NCBI GenBank assembly: GCA_964510585.1 | Contig: CAZECW010000098.1 | Location: 4,094-36,093, forward strand | Reading direction: 5' to 3' | Source: an uncultured archaeon | GTDB lineage: Archaea > Asgardarchaeota > Jordiarchaeia > Jordiarchaeales > Jordiarchaeaceae | DNA length: 32,000 bases | In this document: positions 18,405 through 27,612 of the stretch, in pieces | How the letters are laid out: every line of letters begins with the position of its first letter | Position numbering within the stretch: the first letter of the stretch is position 1 | Notes under the pieces: generated by a model | The model's database searches: none | What the model was told of the DNA's origin: nothing | What the model saw: the letters and a program-made list of their open reading frames with translations, nothing else | Position numbers and translations under genes: made by a program

Positions 18405-19934
18405 ATGGAACCATTTCCTTGGTGGACAGACCAACAAAAAAAGTTCGCAGAAGAACTATATAAATTCGTGAATGAACACATACCAGCGGCGGAAAAGGCA
18501 TTCTGGACAAGAAAATTTCCCATGGATATAGTGAAAAAAGTCCAAGAGAAAGGATACTTTGGGGCAGGCATACCGAAAAAGTATGGCGGGATGGAGCTTG
18601 GTGCCACTGGATGCTGCATAGCAGCTGAACAATTAGGCCGCCTCTACGCAGTGGGACATGTATTCGTTGTAAGTATGTTGGGAGGCTATCATCAGCTGCT
18701 GCACTTCGGCACCGAGGAGCAGAAGAAAAAGTGGCTTACTAAAATGGCTAAGGGCCAATTGGGAGCCGTGTGTATAACTGAACCCTTCGCTGGTAGCGAT
18801 GCAGCCTCCGTTATGACTACTGCCAGAAAAGAGGGCGACGAATGGGTGCTTATGGGCAGAAAAAGGTTCATAACGGGCGCGGGACCAGCAGATAGGTACT
18901 TTGTTTATGCTAAAACAAGTGATGACCCCGAAGTTATAAGAAGGTACGGTCACCTTACAGCCTTCATAGTGGAGAAAGGAACACCGGGATTCTCACTGGA
19001 AAAAATTAATGAACTTATAGGGTTCGAGAATGTTCCTAATGGCTACTTAAACTTTGACGATGTTCGAGTTCCCGATGAAAACAGGGTCGGCGATGTGGGC
19101 GCTGGCTGGGCAGTAATGACAAGCGGACTAAACTTTGAGAGACTGGTGGGTTCCGCCGTGGTTGGCGGCGGATTGGAAGACATTATTAAAATGGTGATTT
19201 ATTATACCAATAGGAGGGTCCAGTTTAAGCAGCAGACAAATAGATTCGTTAATAACCAGTTTAAGATTGCAGACATGATAACTTGGAACAAGCTAGCTAG
19301 GCTTATAACCTATTACACTGCGCTGCTGCTTGACAGTGGACAAAACGCAGCCGTGGAGTCCTCTATAGCCAAACTTTTGAACACGGATTACGCTATTCAA
19401 ACCGGGTTAGATGCGGTGCAGATTATGGCTGGAGATGGATTGACAAAGTTTTATCCTGTGGAACGCCTGGTTAGGGAAGGCAAGATTGGACAGATTGTAG
19501 CTGGCACTAATGAAATTCAGAAGCTGATTATTTACAGGATGGGTGCGCTTAGCTATCTTGATATGCCGTTCAGGCTACGCATCGATCCTGAATTGGAAAT
19601 CCCCATTTTGAGCTTGGACGATAGCCCCTGGAAGGGTAAAGAAATCACCGAGGAGGTTATGCTTAAGATTCTTGCAGAAGATTACAGGGTCAATCCAGGA
19701 TTATACATGACAATCGAGGATTTACAAAAAGAAACTGGTTTAGGAAAGGAAAAAGTCCTAGAACTGGTTTCTGCACTTGAACAGAAGAAGCTGGTAGTCA
19801 ATTTCAGGGACAGTCGTGGAAACATAATAATGTCAAAGGCAAACTATGAAGGACTCAGACGAGCATACCCACCTGAACACTATAGGTACTTCCCCAGCTG
19901 GTTTGACCCCGAGGAGCTTGGATTCTTCGGATAG
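18405..19934 (+). CDS. Acyl-CoA dehydrogenase with ~130-aa C-terminal extension
   Basis: GAVCITEPFAGSDA, GRKRFITGA, TAFIVE, LNFERL, AVQIMAGDG...YPVER..REGKI.QIVAGTNEIQK. GAGGTG SD supports ATG 18405. Confidence 0.93.
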   Translation: MEPFPWWTDQQKKFAEELYKFVNEHIPAAEKAFWTRKFPMDIVKKVQEKGYFGAGIPKKYGGMELGATGCCIAAEQLGRLYAVGHVFVVSMLGGYHQLLHFGTEEQKKKWLTKMAKGQLGAVCITEPFAGSDAASVMTTARKEGDEWVLMGRKRFITGAGPADRYFVYAKTSDDPEVIRRYGHLTAFIVEKGTPGFSLEKINELIGFENVPNGYLNFDDVRVPDENRVGDVGAGWAVMTSGLNFERLVGSAVVGGGLEDIIKMVIYYTNRRVQFKQQTNRFVNNQFKIADMITWNKLARLITYYTALLLDSGQNAAVESSIAKLLNTDYAIQTGLDAVQIMAGDGLTKFYPVERLVREGKIGQIVAGTNEIQKLIIYRMGALSYLDMPFRLRIDPELEIPILSLDDSPWKGKEITEEVMLKILAEDYRVNPGLYMTIEDLQKETGLGKEKVLELVSALEQKKLVVNFRDSRGNIIMSKANYEGLRRAYPPEHYRYFPSWFDPEELGFFG

Positions 19935-20035
19935 AGGAGAACTGTGCTAAAGCCCAAACCCCAAAAAATCATCTACATCCACTTCTTTTTTGGTTCTTCG
20001 TTGAGGTCTAAACTAGTTTAATTAGGTTATGGGCC

Positions 20036-21364
20036 TTATTTTATTTGCATGGATTTTTTGGCTAATTTGAAGGTTCGCTTAGCTAGTTCCGATATTTGGC
20101 TATTGTTATAGCCCACGATGTAGCTTTCTATTCTGTTGTTTAGTGGTTTAATCCATTTTTTGGGCAAGTTTTTAGCGCCCAGAATAACGCCCAGTATTGA
20201 GCCTGTTGTTGCACCGTTGCAATCAGTATCCAAACCCCCCATGACACTCGTTGTAATGCTCTTTTCAAAGTCACCATCACCATAGAGGAGGCCCATTATA
20301 ACCAGGGCTGCATTGTTTATGGTATGAACTGGGCTGTAACCACCATATTTCTCGTTTATCTTGTCCCATACGTTTTTCCATTCGCCATATTTTTTGCTCC
20401 ATTTAACAGTATCCTTCACTGCTTCTGCAAGTCTTGACCGCTTGGGAATCTCGGACAGACCGATCTTAACAATTTTTTCAACATCGTCCGTTGCAAAGGC
20501 GGCGCTAATCATGGCGCTCACGAACATTTCTCCATATATTCCATTTTTTGTGTGAGAGACGCTGGCGTCCCTGTGGACCAGTTCGGCTGCTAGCTCCGGC
20601 CTTCCGGGTGTCACATAGCCCCAAGTGTCAGCTCTAATCTGGGCACCTATCCATTCTCTATAGGGGTTCAGGTGTAGGGCGGTCTGTGGCGGTAGGAGGC
20701 CATTAACGAGGTTTCTGTAGGCTACGCTTTCTGCTGTGTAAACCATATTGTAGGGAAGCAAGCTTAACCATGTTCTGCCAATATCCATTGTGCTAAAATT
20801 GAAGCCTAAGGATTCGAGCATGTGAAGATTTAGGATGGTGTAGTCTATGTCATCATCACGAGGCATGCCCTTTATTTGGCCCAGTAAGACCCCAGGGTTC
20901 ATGAGTCGATATTTCAACCACACTGGAGCATTGCTAGGTAGATTGGGTACTGGTGGAAAATAGTTTTTGAGGGGGTAAGCTTCTGCTATTGTGAGCCACT
21001 CCTTGATTTGCTCCTTATTTAGGAACTCAGCGGGTTTTCCCAGAAGACAGCCCGCACATCTTCCCAGCCAGCCCCCTAAAACTTTGTTTAGAAGTTCCCT
21101 ATCGGATATTTTAAGGTCAATGCTTCTTGGTCCCTGCGGTCTTTCATCTCTTATTGTGGGCAGATCTGAAGGTTCCGTATAGGGGAAGTCGGGTCTTAAT
21201 TTGCATTTTTCCAAGGCCGCCAAAAGACCGCAGAACTCTTCGAAGCTTGCCTCTTCCATGCTACTCCTAAACCTCTTTTCAATTTCAGCGACATCGTAGC
21301 CTTCCTCTCTCTTTTGGATTATTTCCTCACCCAATAATCGCTTAAACTCTTCTAGCCTAACCAT
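20036..21364 (-). CDS. ADP-ribosylglycohydrolase family protein
   Basis: GGWLGRCAGCLLG, RDDDIDYT, IGAQIRAD, DASVSH..NGIYGE and GGLDTDCNGATTGS. Confidence 0.9.
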   Translation of the reverse strand: MVRLEEFKRLLGEEIIQKREEGYDVAEIEKRFRSSMEEASFEEFCGLLAALEKCKLRPDFPYTEPSDLPTIRDERPQGPRSIDLKISDRELLNKVLGGWLGRCAGCLLGKPAEFLNKEQIKEWLTIAEAYPLKNYFPPVPNLPSNAPVWLKYRLMNPGVLLGQIKGMPRDDDIDYTILNLHMLESLGFNFSTMDIGRTWLSLLPYNMVYTAESVAYRNLVNGLLPPQTALHLNPYREWIGAQIRADTWGYVTPGRPELAAELVHRDASVSHTKNGIYGEMFVSAMISAAFATDDVEKIVKIGLSEIPKRSRLAEAVKDTVKWSKKYGEWKNVWDKINEKYGGYSPVHTINNAALVIMGLLYGDGDFEKSITTSVMGGLDTDCNGATTGSILGVILGAKNLPKKWIKPLNNRIESYIVGYNNSQISELAKRTFKLAKKSMQIK

Positions 21365-21671
21365 AATTCTTCAATCCTCTGGGAGGCAGATGGTGCTAAA
21401 TGCTAACTTTTAGGTCTATTTTTTGTGTTATTCCTTCCAACGGATTTTATAACCGAATTAGCTAAAAATAATTCTATCTAATCTGTTTTAGGTATGTCCA
21501 TTCTCTGTCTTGTTAGCCCTTTAGAAAAAAGAACAAGGATATTGACTTTTTGTTTTATTATTATAGGATGCCCTACCAAGATTCCATATTCTAAATGTTG
21601 TATTTTGGGAATTAGGTTTTGAACCATTTCTTCGAGCTAGTGGACAGAAACTCGGCTCAGAAAACAACCAT

Positions 21672-21711
21672 TACAAAATTTCGGCACCCTTTTTGTGGGT
21701 GTAATTTTGTA
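21672..21711. terminator. Imperfect hairpin downstream of the profilin gene
   Basis: TACAAAATT (21672-80) / AATTTTGTA (21703-11) encloses CACCC / GGGTG, about 35-75 nt past the profilin stop. A terminator role is inference. Confidence 0.35.
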
Positions 21712-21746
21712 GACTTTTAGTGGAGGAACAAAAAAAGATGGGAGGC

Positions 21747-22124
21747 TTAGAGCATGGCGCCTAGTTGAGCTGCGGCGCGAGACACATCCACATATGAGCC
21801 TTGAGTGTCGCCTTGTGGTGTTACATACGCCATTAGGAGGGCTCGGTAACGGGCTGTGGCCATTATGATGTGGCCCATTCCTGAAACGTTTGTGGCCACT
21901 AGGCGTTCATCCGTAGCGGATAGGGTTGAATATTTTATTCCCTGCACCAAGATTGCTGGTTGCTTTTCTCTCCATGCCGATATTAAGTTGGGTGCGTCGG
22001 GCACCACATTCCAATTATCGGTTTGGTACATTACTTGACCGTCCAAGGTTAGTATGGCAACGGCGGTCACGTTAGGATTTTTTGCTTGGAGTTGTTGGAC
22101 TATGTAGTCGAAGTTTGAGGACAT
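21747..22124 (-). CDS. Profilin (Asgard type)
   Basis: 125 aa: AVAILTLDGQVMYQTDNW, ISAWREKQPAILVQGIKYSTL...ERLVATN..GMGHII and a C-terminal helix, which is the profilin pattern known from Asgard homologues. ATG 22124 is preferred over GTG 22136. Confidence 0.88.
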   Translation of the reverse strand: MSSNFDYIVQQLQAKNPNVTAVAILTLDGQVMYQTDNWNVVPDAPNLISAWREKQPAILVQGIKYSTLSATDERLVATNVSGMGHIIMATARYRALLMAYVTPQGDTQGSYVDVSRAAAQLGAML

Positions 22125-22238
22125 GGCTTTCCACACCTTTGTTGGATAAAATTCAAAAGGTTCTTTAAGTTAATTATCGTTAATATTGGATAAAAACTTT
22201 ACGTGTATATTAGTAGCTGGTCTCTGGTGGCTTACAAC

Positions 22239-22535
22239 TTGAAAAACGACGCAGTTGAAGAATGTGAGGAGGGTGTGTTAATCCGTGTTCTTGTGAAGGC
22301 GGGGGCACCACGTCTCAGATGTCCTGTGGGATTGGAGGAGGGGCTTGTTATGGTGGAGGTGCACTCTCCACCGGTGGGTGGTAGGGCTAATAGGGAATTG
22401 GTTAAGGCTTTCGCCAAGTTTTTGGGAGTGTCTTCAGGCAGTGTTAGTATTGTTAGGGGTTTTAAGGATAAAGAGAAGGTAATTCGAGTGTTGGGGGTTT
22501 CAGTCGAATCAGTTAGGGGAAAGCTGGGAACTTAG
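22239..22535 (+). CDS. DUF167/UPF0235 (YggU-like) protein
   Basis: IRVLVKAGA, VEVHSPPVGGRANRELV...A..LGV....V.IVRG..DKEKVI. GGTGG precedes TTG 22239 (the track start is 22203). Confidence 0.88.
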   Translation: MKNDAVEECEEGVLIRVLVKAGAPRLRCPVGLEEGLVMVEVHSPPVGGRANRELVKAFAKFLGVSSGSVSIVRGFKDKEKVIRVLGVSVESVRGKLGT

Positions 22536-22563
22536 TGTTTTTGTTACAAAATTTTGGGGTTTT

Positions 22564-24357
22564 TTAAGAGTCACTGTTTTCTTCCTTTTCTTTTTGGGTT
22601 TTGGGTTGGGTTTTTATTTGTGCTTGGTACATTTCTATGATTTCTTTTACTGTGGTGGCTTCTTCGGGGCTTTTGTCGTCTCTCCATTTTCCGGTGAATC
22701 TTGGGAATCTTACTGCGATGCCGCTATCTTTTTTTATTGCGTCTAGGGCGGTGGTGTGTACTTGGCTGAGGGTGTATTCAGAGCCTATGATTTCTATTAC
22801 TTGTCCGGGTGTGAACCATACGTCGGCTTTTAGTTTGGAGTCTACTCGGGGGTGTTTGTGGTCTATTTTGTATTTTTTGAGTCTTTCGGGCATTTCTTCA
22901 AGATCTGTGTCGCTGAAGCCTGTTCCAACTTTGGATATGGTTGTGAACATGTCTTTTTCTTGGTCATACACTGCGACTAGTAGTGCGCCGTATGTTCCTG
23001 CCCTTTTCCCTCTCCCCATGAATGCTCCCACTATTACGGTGTCTATGGTGTCTATCATTTCAGTTTTGTATTCCCGTTTGTACTTTATCCATTTGAATCC
23101 TCGGCTCCCCGCCTCGTATATGGAGTCAGGCTGTATGGATTTAGCCATTAGGCCCTCGCATCCCTCCTCTATCGCCTTCTCAAAGAAGATCTCCATGTCC
23201 TTGGAGTTTTCCACAACTTTGGCTTCTACGGGCTTTATTCTCTCATTTTTCTTGGTTATTTCTTCAAGCTTTTTCCTTCTCTCGGTGTAGGGTTTTACTG
23301 TGTAGTCTGTTTTGTCGACTAGAAGCACATCAAATAGGTTTAGGCTTGCTGGAAACTCTTCCACTGCCTCTTTTATTCCATATTTTCTTCTGCGACGCAT
23401 CAGTGTCTGGAAGGGTAATAGTTCTCCGGTCTGAGGGTCAAAGGCCACTATTTCCCCCTCCACAATGGCCCTGTCGGGTTTGATGTTGTTTTTTATTAGT
23501 TCTGCTATGTCTGGGTACTGTTCTGTGATGTTTTCTAGTCGGCGTGAGAATAAATTGACTTCTCCATTATTTTTGTGTGCCTGCACCCGTTCCCCATCTA
23601 GTTTGTATTCTACAGCGCATCTGCCCCCCATCTTCTCCAGAATTTCCTCCGGCGAGGAGAGCCTCTGTGCAAGCATCATTCTAATAGGACTCCCTACAGA
23701 TATCTTAAAGTTCTTCACCGCCTCCAATCCTTTGGTGGCCACTGTTTTTGCCACCAGTCCCAGGTCGGAACTAATGTTGAAGGCTCTTTCAAGAATGGCT
23801 CGGTTTTCCTTATCTCCAGTGTAAGTGATTGCTAGGGCGTCTAGTATAGTGTATTCAGCAATACCTAACCTTAAAGCTCCTATAACCATGCGGATAATAT
23901 ATTTGGCCTCTTTGGGTGTTCCGTCGAGCAGAAGCCTGGAGAGCAGTTTGAGTTTAGCTTCAACGGATCCCGCTCCCGTAGCCCTTGCTATTTTATCAAG
24001 GGTTTCATATACGTCCAAGACTTCAAGAGGCTTCTGTTGAAGAGACCTTTGCTTCTTGGATTTTAAAATCTGCTCTGTTACTAACCCTAAATCTCCTGCT
24101 TTTTTCAGCTTCTCCTCAACTTCACTAACCTTATGACCCGAAGCCATTGCTACACTCCTAACCGCCAACTTTTCAGCTAATCCTAACTCTATGGGAACGA
24201 ATAAAGGATAAAGTCTGCCAGTAGTGAGATACACTACCTTGTCTATGAGCTCTGTGGGGGTCTCCCTAAAAAGCTGAACTAGGAGATCAGTCATTTCCAA
24301 GCGTTTAGATGTTTCCTCAATTTTTTCGTAGAAATCAGCTATTATTGAGAACTTCAT
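22564..24357 (-). CDS. lig: ATP-dependent DNA ligase (archaeal)
   Basis: N-terminal DNA-binding domain, motif I EYKLDGER, IVEGE, FDVL, EGLMAK, WIKYK and the OB-fold RFPRF. Confidence 0.97.
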   Translation of the reverse strand: MKFSIIADFYEKIEETSKRLEMTDLLVQLFRETPTELIDKVVYLTTGRLYPLFVPIELGLAEKLAVRSVAMASGHKVSEVEEKLKKAGDLGLVTEQILKSKKQRSLQQKPLEVLDVYETLDKIARATGAGSVEAKLKLLSRLLLDGTPKEAKYIIRMVIGALRLGIAEYTILDALAITYTGDKENRAILERAFNISSDLGLVAKTVATKGLEAVKNFKISVGSPIRMMLAQRLSSPEEILEKMGGRCAVEYKLDGERVQAHKNNGEVNLFSRRLENITEQYPDIAELIKNNIKPDRAIVEGEIVAFDPQTGELLPFQTLMRRRRKYGIKEAVEEFPASLNLFDVLLVDKTDYTVKPYTERRKKLEEITKKNERIKPVEAKVVENSKDMEIFFEKAIEEGCEGLMAKSIQPDSIYEAGSRGFKWIKYKREYKTEMIDTIDTVIVGAFMGRGKRAGTYGALLVAVYDQEKDMFTTISKVGTGFSDTDLEEMPERLKKYKIDHKHPRVDSKLKADVWFTPGQVIEIIGSEYTLSQVHTTALDAIKKDSGIAVRFPRFTGKWRDDKSPEEATTVKEIIEMYQAQIKTQPKTQKEKEENSDS

Positions 24358-24384
24358 TTCCTCTCCTCTCCGTTACAAAACGGC

Positions 24385-24400
24385 CCACAAATCTTTGTGG
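24385..24400. promoter_or_regulatory. Inverted repeat CCACAAA-TC-TTTGTGG in the divergent lig / AMP phosphorylase intergenic region
   Basis: Perfect 7-bp arms, 28 nt upstream of the lig start; an operator role is inference. Confidence 0.3.
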
Positions 24401-24595
24401 CTACTGTTTGAGTTTTGATTTAAAATAATTTTCTCTACCTGCGAATAACAATCTATACTTATATAATAGCTTCTATGTTTTCTAAACATCCCAAAAAGGG
24501 GAAATAACACTTAAATTTTGAGAATCACAGTTTGAGAGTAACCACATGACGATTCCAAAAACTTGTATGCGGATATTCTTTTAGAAATGGTTCAC

Positions 24596-26131
24596 ATGAA
24601 GGGAAAAAATTTGAAACTGAAGGTAAAACTGGTAGATATTTTAACAGGCTACAAGGTCGTTATCCTCAACAAAAGTGACGCCATGAACTTCGGAGTCAGA
24701 CCACACGATCGAATAAAGGTTAAAACATCCCAGAAAGATTTAACCGCCATAGTAAACATAACAGACTCCTACGTGGAACAGGGAGAAATAGGAATAACCC
24801 CCGCCATAAAGGAAATATTCAACGCTCAAATAGGAGACACAGTAGAAATAGTAGCCACAAGCATACCTTTATCCATGGAGTATATCCACAAAAAAATGGC
24901 TGGAAAAAGTCTAAACCAAAAAGAAATACATGCCATAATAAAGGACATAGTTGATGGAAACCTAAGCGAACTAGAAATAGCCGCATTCGTGCTCGCACAA
25001 CAATTCCTAGGAATGAGTACAGATGAAATAGAGTATCTCACCCGCTCCATGGTTGAAACAGGAGAAAAAATCGATTTCGACGAGCCAGCATTCGACAAAC
25101 ACAGTATAGGAGGAGTCCCGGGAAACAAGGTTAGCCTTCTAATTGTTCCCATAGTCGCAGCAGCGGGTCTACTAATTCCAAAAACCAGCAGCAAGGCCAT
25201 AACCAGTCCAAGCGGAACAGCAGACACCATGGAAGTCCTCGCCCCAGTGAGCTTTAGTACGGAGGAGCTAAAGGAGATAACTAAAAAGACTAGGGGAGCC
25301 ATCATCTGGGGTGGATCACTGAATCTAGCACCCGCAGACGACTTAATAATACAAGTTGAGCACCCCCTGAGAATAGATCCCACCTCTCAAATGATTGCTA
25401 GTATCATCGCGAAGAAGTACTCGGTAGGAATTGACAACATGGTTCTAGACATTCCAGTAGGGGCGGGAACCAAAATGGAAACCATAGAGGAAGCTGAAAA
25501 ATTCGCAAACCTGTTTGTTGAGATAACTAAAAGATTAAAGATAACAACCTATTGTGCAATCACCTATGCGGGACAACCTGTGGGACACGCTGTGGGCCCA
25601 GCATTGGAGGCCAGGGAGGCTCTGGAAGCACTGATGGGGGGAGGCCCAACCAGCCTGGTTGAGAAAGCTACGGCTCTTGCGGGGCTTCTCTTAGAACTGG
25701 GGGGCGTGGCGCCGGAGAATAGGGGTCAGGAATACGCCAAGGAAATATTGAGAAGCGGAAAGGCGTTGAAAAAGATGCGGGAAATAATTGAAGCTCAAGG
25801 GGGAGACCCAAACATAAAGCCAGAGGACATACCCATAGGCAAATATGTAGCTAGCCTCGAAGCTAAAGCCGACGGCTACGTGACCCAAGTAAACAATAGA
25901 AGCATAACCAGAATTGCCCAAGCCGCCGGCGCACCACGTGATAAAGGGGCAGGAGTTGTTCTGAACCACAAGATTGGTTACAAAGTGTCTAGAGGCGACA
26001 CATTACTCAGTATATATGCAGAAAAGGAGAGCAAACTCCACGAAGCTACTGCCATAGCAACAAGAACTGTACCCATAATAGTTGAGGGTATGCTTCTCCA
26101 AAGATACCCAAAAATTGGAAGAGGAACATAA
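24596..26131 (+). CDS. deoA: AMP phosphorylase (archaeal thymidine-phosphorylase family)
   Basis: N-terminal extra domain with DRIKV, FDKHSIGGVPGNK, KTSSKAITSPSGTADTMEVL, APADD..I.VE.PL.ID, GPALEAREAL and APRDKGAG. ATG 24596 is preferred. Confidence 0.94.
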   Translation: MKGKNLKLKVKLVDILTGYKVVILNKSDAMNFGVRPHDRIKVKTSQKDLTAIVNITDSYVEQGEIGITPAIKEIFNAQIGDTVEIVATSIPLSMEYIHKKMAGKSLNQKEIHAIIKDIVDGNLSELEIAAFVLAQQFLGMSTDEIEYLTRSMVETGEKIDFDEPAFDKHSIGGVPGNKVSLLIVPIVAAAGLLIPKTSSKAITSPSGTADTMEVLAPVSFSTEELKEITKKTRGAIIWGGSLNLAPADDLIIQVEHPLRIDPTSQMIASIIAKKYSVGIDNMVLDIPVGAGTKMETIEEAEKFANLFVEITKRLKITTYCAITYAGQPVGHAVGPALEAREALEALMGGGPTSLVEKATALAGLLLELGGVAPENRGQEYAKEILRSGKALKKMREIIEAQGGDPNIKPEDIPIGKYVASLEAKADGYVTQVNNRSITRIAQAAGAPRDKGAGVVLNHKIGYKVSRGDTLLSIYAEKESKLHEATAIATRTVPIIVEGMLLQRYPKIGRGT

Positions 26132-26375
26132 GCTGAAAAAGATCTTATTTGTGGAGAGCCAAGAAACCACATAAAAATCCATAATATATCATTCCATAGC
26201 CAAGCCTCAAATTAAAGTGAGCAGATCAATATTCCCCCCATTGATGGGAATAGCTTGATTACGCCTCGCAAAAGCTGTTAAACTTTCAGTCTTACCTGTT
26301 TCTAACTCGTGCTAGGGTTGATGTAGAGAAAATTGTTTATACTACTTTCAACTTTAGATGGGAAGGGTGATTGCT

Positions 26376-27326
26376 TTGAAATCTAAGAAGGGAGCCAGAG
26401 TCATTGTGGAAACCTGTATGGGGGTTAAGCCCGGAGAAAGGGTGTTGCTTGTCACTCAGGAAGGTTTTGAGGAAACTGCAGGGATACTTGCTTCTGAGGT
26501 TTCAGTGTTAGGAGCTAAGCCAATTATTAAGGTTGTTAAGGGCTCGGAGATGGAGGTTGAACCCCCAAAAGAAGTTGTGAATTTGATGCTCTCAAGCGAA
26601 GTTATATTGGCTGTGTTAGATTTAAAGTACCTTCAACTATTTGCCCACATGGATGCGCGGGCCAGAGCTACTGATGCGGGGGCTAGAGTGGGCCTTGTGC
26701 CATTTATACTGTGGGATATAACGGAGGAAGATGTTTTAAGAATAAAGGATCTTACCGAAAAGCTTGCCAAAATTATGGGTAAGGGCAAAAAGGCACACAT
26801 AACTACAGCTCTGGGAACGGATGTAACTATGTCTATTGAGGGGAGGCCGATTCAACAGTTGAAGGCGGTTTTTAGAAATCCCGGGGAATGGGGCGCCGTG
26901 CCTTTTTATGCAGAGGCTGCTGTGGCACCAATAGAAGGCACCGCTCAGGGTAAAGCGGTAATAGATGTTTTCTTTGAGAAGATTGGAGCTATAAAACAGC
27001 CTATGGAGTGGACGATAAAAAACGGAAGACTGGTGGAAATAAGTGGGGGGAAGGAGGCTGAGATGTTGAAGCAAATCATTAGGGAAGCAGACGAAAATGC
27101 TACCAATATAGCGGAGCTGGGTGTGGGCACCAACCATATTTTCAAGAACTTCACAGGAACCATTGGAGATAAGATGGTACTGGGCACAGTACACCTCGCT
27201 ATAGGGAAAAGTATCAATATTGGGGGTAAAGTTATGAGCAACATTCACCATGATGCAGTGATTAGCAAGGTGACTCTTGAAATTGACGGAAGAAAAATAC
27301 TTGACAACGGTAAATGCCTAATCTAA
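26376..27326 (+). CDS. M29 / thermophilic metalloprotease-like (leucyl aminopeptidase-like) protein
   Basis: KPGERVLLV, LGTDVT, EAAVAPIEGTAQG, AELGVGTN, GTVHLAIG and SNIHHD. GGTGA precedes TTG 26376 (the track start is 26358). Confidence 0.8.
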   Translation: MKSKKGARVIVETCMGVKPGERVLLVTQEGFEETAGILASEVSVLGAKPIIKVVKGSEMEVEPPKEVVNLMLSSEVILAVLDLKYLQLFAHMDARARATDAGARVGLVPFILWDITEEDVLRIKDLTEKLAKIMGKGKKAHITTALGTDVTMSIEGRPIQQLKAVFRNPGEWGAVPFYAEAAVAPIEGTAQGKAVIDVFFEKIGAIKQPMEWTIKNGRLVEISGGKEAEMLKQIIREADENATNIAELGVGTNHIFKNFTGTIGDKMVLGTVHLAIGKSINIGGKVMSNIHHDAVISKVTLEIDGRKILDNGKCLI

Positions 27327-27612
27327 ACAAACAAGTAGCAGTCCATCACGGTTCCTCTTATACTACCTATTTTTTAAACGAGGAAACAGACACATGCTTA
27401 TTTTTTGTGTGAGGCGTTCTTCCAAACTACTATGTTGGATTTTGGATTTGTGAATAGGGATTCAGAAAGTGCAACCTTCCCATGGCTCAGAAACAAGAAC
27501 ATATGTCCATGGAAAAACAGGTCTATTGCCTTTTCCATTTTTAAGTTGGGATAAAGGTTATAAATTTGAGATTAATTGTCTGTCTGAGATTCTCTGAGCG
27601 GAGGACAATTGT

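Noticed and set aside
22601-23290. 229-aa plus-strand ORF (also 23465-23824 and 23825-24040)
   Set aside because: Antisense shadow of the DNA ligase; S/F/I-rich composition typical of reverse-frame ORFs.
24826-25383. 185-aa minus-strand ORF; likewise 27768-28445 and 26736-27251
   Set aside because: Fully antisense to well-supported genes, with no motifs.
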